From: Catajapyx aquilonaris
Taxonomy: Eukaryota
Reading direction: 5' to 3'
Length of the DNA stretch: 20,000 bases
Assembly: GCA_000934665.2 (NCBI GenBank)
Contig: KZ538357.1
Location: 58,999 to 78,998 of the forward strand
How positions within the stretch are numbered: position 1 is the stretch's first letter; each line of letters opens with the position of its first letter. Below, piece by piece: positions 1 through 9,609 of the stretch. The notes below the pieces were generated by a model that was not told where the DNA came from, ran no database searches, and worked only from the letters and a program-made list of their open reading frames with translations. The position numbers and the translations under genes are program-made.

Positions 1-3000
1 AGGAGCAATATTGAACCGTCAACGTCCTATACACGCGTGTTTTAGCTTTGACAGACTGTGCAGATGAGAGATTAAAGAATTTGGATCGACTTCGGTATTT
101 CATACAGGAATTCGTGGTTTGGCCCTGGGTGGGGGCAAAACCATCTTAGAATGACTTCTCGCAGGCTACCATCCATAGTATAGAGCAAATTGCTATCAAA
201 CTTTCCTTTGATTTGCCGACGCCAGACGTGCCGATTAAAACATCGGCGGCGGTGCCTTAAAATCTGCTGGCAGTGCTGAGTGTCGGTGCACACCTCTAGT
301 TGATCGGTGTAACGGTCAGGTGATAAATCAATGTCACACCTCTAAAAGGCGGCGAAAGTATTATGGCGGTATATGCCTTCATTCATACCTTTTGTTAACT
401 GGTTTGGTACTTTAATTTCTTTGCAGTAAATGCTTTTGTTTTCTTTAGAAAGCATAAAAATTCAATTTTCCGTGAACTCTGAATTCCCTTCCTCCCTAGT
501 TAATTCCATGCTCTTAGTGAATTATTTACTTCGTGTTCCTTCATACAGATTTTTTTTTCGTAAATGTTTCTACAAACTTTCCGGATGAAATCCTGGGCAA
601 TAAGTATCCCGTTAAATGGAGGTTAGATTGGTGTTCGAAGCCTCGTTGCTGAGATAATTGTATATCCTTATCTTTGCAGCTTTGAGCAATAGTATAACTA
701 AATGAAGAGTTCGTTGAATTGTGTTGTTCCTTATACTCTTACAGTATTTGGGTGGTATCCCAAACTGAAGGACATCTACATACTGTGTAAGAGACTAAGA
801 GGAGATGTTGCACGTAATAAGGCATTATTTATGCCATATCTATAATAACTGCATGGCATGACAGGAAGCAATCTGCAGTAGTTAAATGTCATGACATGGA
901 CATTAAAAAATAATGAGCCTGCAGCCAATTACGTAGACCGTTTGCATGGGCAGCTGGGATTTTCATGGCTGCCTTTACGAGTAACTTTATATCGCCATGA
1001 CCATTTGATTGACTAAGCCTAATTAAGTATTATTGTGTCGGTCTGCAGCCCATACCTGCCTGGAAAACCAATGCAAATGTGCTGCTTACCATCGTACTTA
1101 CAGCCTGTGTGACATTCCCATTATAATAGTGGTGCGCATGCATAAATTGATACACATCCCGTAATCAACTATAGTCGTTAAAATGACGACCAGGAATAGC
1201 TACTCATAGTCACATGAGCCATACACGTGTAGCAGCACGAATGATTCTATATCTATCCGGGGAAAAATACACTGCATTTATTTCGGAAATGATCTGTTAT
1301 ACGCGTATTTCATCCGCCTGATCTGCCAGTCATACCTATTACTGACCATTGCACAACTATCATTCATTAACACGAATTAAAATGCAATAGCAATAGAAGT
1401 AGAAACCACGTATTGATGTGTTTCACAGATTGATGCAATGTTTTCCAATCAAGCGCCCCTATCAACAAAAGCCACCATTACAGCATGACTTTAATTGATT
1501 TTCCCTTTGTTTCATTTGCACACGAACAAGTGAAGCTGGTCCTAATTGTTGGGTTTTCACCCTTTTGGAGCAAATAAGTTGTAACTCCTCCCACCCCCAT
1601 TATGTCTATATCCAAGATTTACATAATTATTGTAAATCTGAGCCTACACCTGAGAAACGTTCTCTTTCGCATTAACTTATAATAATCGTCAGTTTAAAAT
1701 GACCCACTCTACCATTCACACTGGGAACTTGACTTGAAGAATACCACAATACTGTGCAGTGTTAGATTGCGATGTACTGTACTAATGGTTGTGGAGAAGA
1801 ACTCTTTCACAATGTTATTGTTATATTGCCCAAATAATTATGAGCCAAACGCATGGCGTAGGTAATATTCCGAATTTATTATTTACAGAATGCATTACAC
1901 TACTGAATAATATGCGGCTCATGTATGAGTACTCGTATTAATACAAAATAGCTAGAGAGTAATGAAATGTTATCATTGCTACTGAAAGGCCACATGTGGC
2001 ATGACGGATTTTGTGCCATATCTCGTACATACAGGCTGTACTTGAACTGTCACAAGAGTATCTGATAGAATAATCATACTGTAGGCCTATAGTATGTTCC
2101 TAATAATGCAACCCTCTTGTTTGAATGCTGGACGCAGAAAACAGAATGCATGTTCTACCTCACAATAACTACTTCAGATGTGTATAGAGAAAGGATTGGG
2201 GAAAGGTCAGCGATTGTGGTGTTTTAAAAATTCACCAGATAATCACGATTCAGAACATGAATACGCATGAAGCAATCTGTTACTGCACATGTGAGAATAC
2301 ATCAAGTACTACTTGCGTTGCGACCATGCGACACTGTTGAAGACTGTACAAAAAAGTAATGAATCTGACACTTATTATGATTTTTGCATATTTTACTACT
2401 GCTAATATTCACACTGTAGCAGTTTTCAATAATTACAAGTGGTCCCGACCCCGACTACAGACGTCATATTTGGCTTAAAGGGATTCCAAAACCATCATTC
2501 CTTCATATTAATGTGAGCAGGAAATAAGGGATAATAAGGTAGTGGTCACTGAAATTAACCTAGATAGATTAGCAGTCATGCAGTGCAAAATAGATCTATT
2601 CTATGCGCATAGCCGCATGATAACTGTCCGTTAGTCTTTTCAGAGCCACCCATTCCCAGCTCCATATCCGTGTGAAAGATAATTAATACACACGCATACG
2701 CACACATTTCTCATGCGACTGTAATGGAGGACTCGATTACAGCAGTAAGCCACGAAGTGCTTCGGGCCAAATTCATTATCGCGCCTGGGCTCAACGACAG
2801 CTAATTAGAACAGGTTATGCAATGCAGAGCACGGCATTAATAGTAAAACGACATGGGTCTCATGCGATACACCGAATTTTTTTGGCTTTTTTTATTTTTT
2901 ATTTGTAAACACAACCATCAGGTTGTTTCTTCTGGACGAATCCATGCAAGCCAACGTCCAATTTGACCTGTTGCTCTGAAAGATCCGGGTCAGCCTTTTA

Positions 3001-3663
3001 CCCCAAAATGTGCCAACCACTTGATTGTAAAACGTCCGACCCGAAATTGCACTTGAAATGTGAAGCTCCCCCTCCCCATCCCTTGCTTATTTGCATGACA
3101 ATATTCTGGAATTGTCTGTGTAAAGTGAGGACGTGACTGCGGGAAACGATGAGAATGCAAGGTCATTAAATTCTGGGAATGCACCGTTTTTTTGTGCCAT
3201 TTAAGCCCAAATCAAATTTTTATAAAACTGGATCTAAATCACGCACCCGGTTGACTTTTGCATGTCAGAGTTTGCATTCGTGTATATTTTGTACGTGTGG
3301 TTTTTGGGGGAATTGATCACAGCGATCTTGGGAAAATACATGTTCCATTTGAGCTTGCACGCATAATTGACAGATAGTGTCATTTACAAATTCTGATTGA
3401 TCACGTGAGATCCATTATAATTATAGTGGGGGGGTCAAAATGGCAAAAGCTGATTTTCATCTTTTGCCTGAAAGGGCTATCCTGACCTATCCCCCCGTGT
3501 AAAATATGACCACGCACGAGTACGAGATAATTTGTCCAACCCATATTCATCCGGGCTAATTTATCCTGGGGACGTACACCATTTTTCACTGCTGCATCGA
3601 TGAGCCATAAAAAAATTGGGGGCAACGCATAATTACTGCTAAAACTGAACGTCAACAGTATAC

Positions 3664-3774
3664 CTTGTCGTATGATGCCATAGCCTCTTCATAATTCCTG
3701 TCTTTGTAGAAAAAGTTGCCTTCGTCCAGGTAGCCCGTCAGGCTCTTGGGCAGGGATATCTCCTCCTGATACAT
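3664..3774 (-). CDS. TTC25: First coding exon (37 codons) of a tetratricopeptide-repeat protein, TTC25/ODAD4-like (outer dynein arm docking complex subunit 4 or a paralogue); gene continues toward and beyond coordinate 1
   Basis: Manual translation gives MYQEEISLPKSLTGYLDEGNFFYKDRNYEEAMASYDK, containing the TPR pattern EGN-FF-Y-x4-Y-EEA-x3-Y-x-K. The exon spans 3796-3664, with acceptor catttcag| (CAG at 3799-3797) and donor AAG|gtatac (GT at 3663-3662). An in-frame TGA at 3783-3781 lies upstream of the ATG, which has A at -3. The peptide aligns without gaps to the human TTC25 N-terminus as I recall it (MSDPEGETLRSTFPSYMAEGERLYLCGEFSKAAQSFSN), whose first coding exon also ends in phase 0 at this position (c.114). 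The TPR call is firmer than the exact orthology. Confidence 0.75.
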
Positions 3775-4304
3775 AGTACCTCAGAAGCCGAACAACCTGA
3801 AATGCATAGCCTTATTTTACTTGCAACAGGGGCTCGCTGCTTTCAACCACAAAATGCATGATATGAAAGCAGAGCAACCGAAAAAAGGATGTCGTCTGTG
3901 TCAAAAGCCGTCCGCGACATTTTCCAAACGACTGCATGAATACTGACATAGAAATGCTGATGACGGCTTACATTTGCGGTATAGCCAACTGTATTTCCCG
4001 TAAGTAATAAATCAGATTGTACATACATTAAAAAATCAGATGGGCTACCTCCCCCAAAAAATTCTGCTAAAATTCATGCAGTTTGACAATTTTGCAGAAA
4101 ATGGGCAAAACAATGCGGCATGATCATGACACGAACTGACATCACACTTTCATATGGGCAAGTACACGTAAATGCTTTATCGCGGGTACGGAATACATGG
4201 AAGCAAAAAAAAGAACGCAAATGCAACCAGAATATGCGGGGACTAGCGTGTGAAATTGAGTTGGACAAAATGTGGATGTGACAGGGTTTTATATGCAGTC
4301 TTAC

Positions 4305-4400
4305 CCTCTGATACCAGTCGCAGTAAATGGATGAAAGTCGCCCACCAACTTGGCCGAGGATTTGATAGAAGATAGTATTTTTCATTTGGTTCAGCGAGGC
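4305..4400 (-). other. Probable 5'-UTR exon 1 of the TTC25-like gene (upper boundary approximate)
   Basis: Donor AGG|GTAAGA (intron starts at 4304) gives a 508-nt intron (4304-3797) to the acceptor of the coding exon. It lies immediately downstream, on the minus strand, of the forkhead/RFX motif cluster. The transcription start cannot be fixed from sequence alone. Confidence 0.5.
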
Positions 4401-4700
4401 GCGGCCACAACTATTATGATTTAGAATAGACTGTTTGTTTATAGTAACTCTTGTTGTTATGGATGCGGGGCCGTTTGTTTTGAATCAGACCGTGCCCTTT
4501 GGCCCTAACAGTCCATTTTTCACGCAGATTTGAACCATACGTTTTATATGAACAGAGGAATTTCGAATGACAAAAATATGAAGATCGATCCTGCAGGATT
4601 TGGAGTCAAACTGTCGATATTTATGGTGTGCTAGCAGTCCGATGTTGTTTATACTTCACGTGGCGATTAATTTGCATTCGTAACTATGGTAATGATGGAA
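4400..4700 (-). promoter_or_regulatory. Putative motile-cilia-type promoter with forkhead (FoxJ1-type) and RFX X-box-like motifs
   Basis: TGTTTGTTTAT at 4432-4442 (TAAACAAA on minus) overlaps the RFX half-site ATAGTAAC at 4441-4448. X-box-like GTTGTTATGGATGC at 4453-4466. A second pair has TGTTTAT at 4646-4652 and GTAACTATGGTAAT at 4680-4693. Also E-box CACGTG at 4657-4662 and octamer ATTTGCAT at 4670-4677. Both X-boxes are imperfect. Confidence 0.5.
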
Positions 4701-4901
4701 TGTACTCGATCAGAGGAAACCAGGCCCATGTAATACATTAATACTGATTTGGAGTATGAAAATGTATAGTGAATAACCAATCACAATGTCCAGCTCTGGT
4801 CATTTAATTTTGCTGTGATATGTAATTTACATTTTTCTTCATGCCTTCACGTGAACATGTGATTTTTGCAGGTAATGCGGGTAGTATTTCTTGTTATTAT
4901 A

Positions 4902-5035
4902 CAGGGTGACTCTAAAGTCTGGACGCATAAATAATAATATTATATTGTTGGGTGTCCTTTGGGAGGGATATACCAATTGTCAACCAACAATATAATATTA
5001 TTACCTATATGTGTCTAGACTTTAGAGTCACCCTG
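4902..5035. mobile_element. 134-bp Tc1/mariner-type MITE
   Basis: Terminal inverted repeats of about 50 bp begin with a perfect 19-bp match (CAGGGTGACTCTAAAGTCT / AGACTTTAGAGTCACCCTG) and include a second perfect block, TAATAATATTATATTGTTGG. TA flanks both ends (4900-4901 and 5036-5037). No coding capacity. Confidence 0.88.
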
Positions 5036-6305
5036 TAGTTAGGCAGATTGATCAATTGAAAGTTCTACATCACGAAAGATGTGGAATTTAGGCTTAACTT
5101 CTCATCTATCAAGCCGAAAAGGCAGCTGAGTTTCTCCTTCAACCACGGAAAGTTTCGTCAAACTTTTCGTGAGAAGTTAATCTGATTGCTTTATTTTATA
5201 AGGTTACTGCATGTAAAATTAGCATATAGTGCTGCTGTATGTTTTGCTGATGAGGAGTACATTAACTACTGGTTTCTCCTTTGCTTTTCCAGAGTTTAAA
5301 CTGAATTTAAGTTTGTGTGGTTGTCCTGCGTTTTATTATTTCCAAATTAGGTTTTCAGGTAGAATAATATTATAAGTAAATCTATAACATTAATTTCTCT
5401 TGTAATTCATACTAATACCAAAGAGCCTGCAAAGAGCAAATAATTTTGGTTGACAATCTGACTATACATCATACTTATGATACGGATATGAGCTAATTTA
5501 TGAAACACACTGTATACTTACCAAACGCTTGTCCCCCATATCGTGCGATCAGTCGTACTGTACAGAGACAGTTAACATACCATTGCATTGTCCTACATTA
5601 GGTGTTAACCAGTGATAATGATGCTCACACATTACGTGCATGATCCGAACACTCTCCTCAGGTAACTTTGACAGAACCCTTCAGGTATACCCTCGTTCCA
5701 AACTGGCCGAACGAATTCTACACAAACAGCCTCAACATACCTGAAATGATGGTCTAAATATGCAGAGCAAGATGGCAATATCAGTCCTCAGCATGCAACA
5801 GCCTGCGCTTGGTCGACTGTAGACACGACGAAGAACGCAGCAGAGCCATGTGATACCGCTCTGGGTCCCGTGTACAGCAGCTCGCATGCTTCGGGAACAT
5901 AACTCGCAGGCCCGTTAAACTTCCCCCCAAGCAAATGATGGACGCCTTTTTTGTAGCCCACGACCCAATCCACCAGCCGGTTCCAGCAAGAAAGAATGGC
6001 GATGGCGTCGGCAGGCGCTTCTGCTTATACCTCCAGCAACTAGCCTGCCCATCCAGCAACTTCAAACTACAAGTTCCCCAGCTGGTTTCGGGAGAAGGCT
6101 GCACTGTATACACACACTTGAAGCATGTCGTGTCCGGATCCGGGGCCCAACCAACCTAATTGCTTGATTTATAAGATTGGTCTTCCAGAACAGCGGTCAT
6201 GCCCACTTGGGGTGCATGGGTAGGGGGGAAATGTATGGCGGAAACGGCGCCGGTTCCGAGTGCTGGTTACAAGTGGAACACTTTGCCCAGATGTATGGAA
6301 TGGAT

Positions 6306-6318
6306 GGGGGGGGGGGGG
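6306..6318 (+). repeat. G13 homopolymer
   Basis: Direct read. Confidence 0.95.
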
Positions 6319-7734
6319 ATATGGGGTAGTAGACCCTGGATGTCAAAGGAAAAGGAAAATTATTTCGTGGTTGAAAGACATTTTGCAGGTGAACAAGGAG
6401 AAATTGTGGGCGCCGAATGTGTAGTTTTTAAACTCAAACTTTAATCAGTCATGTGGAATATATCTCCGCTACTGGCGCCATACTATGATAGGAACAGTAA
6501 GTTACTGTGACATAATTTCAGGATTAGTCCATGAAATGGCCATTCATTTTGTAGGACGAAAAATGGCACGTGAAGCCAAATAATGTCAGACCTGCCTCAT
6601 TTTAAACCTAGATAGAAACACGACATATTTCAGCAAGACAGCAGGCATCAAAAACTCAGCAAAAACTATTACAGGGGTATGTTATGCTACGTGGGACAGA
6701 TGGAGTAAACATATTATTCATAATACCTATGTTTTCCATAACCAGCGTAAGTGTCATGTATACTCGTATTTTATGTAGCAGATCCTATTTAGTTAGGAAG
6801 GCAACAGTGTATAAGGGCATGTGCAAATATGGATCAACTCAGCAAAAGTAAGAAACATTTTATATAACCACGACACAGACATTTGTTTATAAATAATAAT
6901 TTCAGCTAATCTACGCCTCCAGAAGGAACTATTCCGTTGGATAACACTGAAGATCCAAGCGTGAAATCCAGTTCATTCTGCGAAATAAAATGGGCAATAT
7001 TGCTCCAACTATTTGAAAAACCAGTCTCTTGCAACACAGGGCGTAGTGTGATTGATTACCCTGGACACCTGACTATTGCACCTCATGTTCTGGGAGTGAG
7101 TGGGTACTGTACAGTACAGTATCATCCTGTACGACAAGTTCACACTTACTTTGAAGTTAGTTCGCAAGTTATCTACTCTGCAGTCCTGCAGGATATCAGT
7201 ACTTGACTTCGGTCTGCAAGTCACGTACGAAATCTCCTGTATCTTCACCTACAGTGCTTGACTATTCTTGATTAAAGTGGACACTGCCGAGAGAAACTTG
7301 CCAACTTCATAATCCTGTCGTGGACTCAAGATCTTCATCGCCTCAAGCTGCCGCAATCAGAGATAATCAGTCGGTCAGAAGAGGCCTACTGGAAGCACCC
7401 TGGCACGTGCTCAGAGATACCAATTTGGGAGGACCACAAGAACCTCAGACATTGCTGAAATGTAATCCGAGGTATGTAATGGAGTCAATATTAGCTGGAA
7501 TGAGTCTGTGATTGTGAACTTTTCATTGACTTAGTCAGGTGTGTGCATTATAAGTTGTAATATAGTAATGATAATCGTAGAACGTGGTTTAAACTGGTAC
7601 ATCATGAGTTTTGGTGATCAGGCTTCAAAATTAGAAACATTTCATACTGTACAGGTTGCCAGCACGGCACGTAATAATCCCAGCGCGGTACAGTTTCATG
7701 CTATCGGGAAGCACTCATGGTGTGACCACACATT

Positions 7735-7860
7735 ACGCCGTAATGATCTCAAGTGAAATCAGCGTTGACACCTTCCATGACGATTTGGCAGATGGAACTG
7801 GATTAATCCAGGCAACGTTTTGTCGGTGACGCCGCTATCTGTTATGCAGTCGTAAATTAC
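7735..7860. promoter_or_regulatory. Enhancer-like cluster of developmental transcription-factor motifs
   Basis: NK2-type TCAAGTG at 7749-7755, proneural E-box CAGATG at 7789-7794, perfect 14-bp palindrome CTGGATTAATCCAG at 7798-7811 with overlapping K50-homeodomain sites, and posterior-Hox/Cdx-type GTCGTAAA near 7849-7856. Confidence 0.35.
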
Positions 7861-9609
7861 ACTCTAAAGTTGGCCGATAAAACAGGCTTTTTCAACGCGA
7901 CACTCTCATGGTAGCCGCAAATTGCTGCAGTGTTTATGTCGTCGCCAATCTGAACCTAAACGCACCGATGTGTGTATATTCGGTTAGAGCCTATATGCTC
8001 TTATCCGCTATACTGGACTAGCTGCCGCAATGTAAACGGACAATCGAAGTGTCCAAATGGTTCTGTTCACAGCTGTAAGAGCTTAACGATGTTTCGCAGG
8101 ACAAAAAGTGGACTGAGGTGTAGTGAAAGGATTACCGATAGTACGTAGGTTTGGGGATGAAAAAGTGAGGAACCGGACCATTTTCGGAACCCGGGAATCC
8201 TTTTTAGTCCCTGGGAAATTTTCCCTATGGCTGCTACCCATTTCTCAATTTCCAGTCTCAGTCTTGATTTGTATTCAGATAAACTGGGCTCGACAGCCAT
8301 GGGAGGATCAATGATAGTGTATTTCAGCTGTCATTCTCTCTTCACATAATGGTTCCATTCCTACTTGCTTATTGATCACTTTATCGTGTCAGTGTTGATC
8401 GTTCAGTTTGCTTCAAGGATTTCCCTGGCACAAAAACATACATGATGCATATCCATTATTGGTGAAGTCAACTGAGGCGATATACCACCATGTAGCCCTA
8501 TTTTCAAAAGTTTGGCCTTGGCTAGAATTCACCCTGTAATTGCATGGAATTTCGGCCTTGCAATAATAGGGTCACCTATAGTTATGATGCGAAATGTTCA
8601 ATAAATTAATCCGACTGTCCGTGTTCCCTTGTCGTGTTCGACTTGGGATATTCTGCATGCGTTTGAAAACAATTTTTTTTTCTGGGTTTGCATGACCAGC
8701 ACCATTAACCGGCGAGAATTGGCAGTTGTTATATGGAAGCAATAATATCAGGAATTTCTGCGCAAGACATTATCTCTTATAATAGTATTTTCTAACTCTT
8801 TAGCGACCGAAAAGAACCTCTCTAAGGATTGTAACATCCCTCAGAGATGCCTCGAGGAAAGTGCAGGCTTTATTTATTAACTTAAGACTTTAGATCGACA
8901 TTCATTAGCAGCCCGTTTCCAACTCATAACCTCCCTCAGGACCTTCATTATAGATCCCACTGTGGCACAGAGGTGCATTCTTCAAGCATGAACTCTGAAA
9001 ATGTGACAGATTATGGCAAAAAAGTGATAAGACTGCATTAAATCAGGTGTGCTCCTGTGTAATAAAGACAGTTTTTATGTACCGGTACGAACAGACTTGA
9101 TTTAAAGTGTGACAAACAAGTTCACCTTATGATTGTTTGAAATTTAATATATGCTAATTAAAAGTTTGTGTTGATCCCCATCAAAATGGGTTCTAAATTC
9201 CGCCAGTGTAATTGGCGTGCGGAGTTGAAGTTTGTGAATACTGTAGTAATGAAGCCAATATTTAGCTGTGTCTCATGTTGCTTGTAACGAGTTTCGGTCG
9301 AGTAAAAACATTGCGATTGCTTACATGCATTTAAATCAGGGCGAAGGATAAACATACCTGTCGCCATTGTTAGCGAAGATTTGCTTCCCCGTAAAGTTCT
9401 TTTCTTCAGGCAACTAGAGGAAGAAAGGAGGTTTGTTTGAGAAAGACAACCTTTCCATTCGTGAGGACAAACTCGGGAAAAGAAAACGTATGTTCTATTT
9501 GTACAGCACACAATGGTGATGGATGAGTTCGGAAAGACAATGGACGATGGATTTGATATTTTTTGCCAGTCACATGGATTGGTTGAACCTGCAATCTACT
9601 TTTAAAGTA

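Noticed and set aside
2915..2995. Minus-strand segment as the next TTC25-like exon
   Set aside because: Translations do not continue the TPR pattern and there is no canonical donor.
3957..4000. Hammerhead ribozyme core (CTGATGA followed by a GGCT/AGCC stem)
   Set aside because: The required GAAA after stem II is missing and I find no stems I/III. CTGATGA near 5247 and 19387 also lacks the rest of the core.
5029..5050. miR-10-like seed ACCCTGTAG
   Set aside because: It is the right terminal inverted repeat of the MITE, and the rest of the mature miR-10 sequence is absent.
6199..6444. Hox hexapeptide-like 'RPWM' in the 81-aa plus-strand ORF
   Set aside because: Lacks the preceding Y/F, is not followed by a donor or homeobox, and the frame depends on a G13 run of uncertain length.
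8511..8535. miR-183/182-like sequence TTGGCCTTGGCTAGAATTCACC
   Set aside because: The seed does not match and there is no complementary arm at precursor distance.
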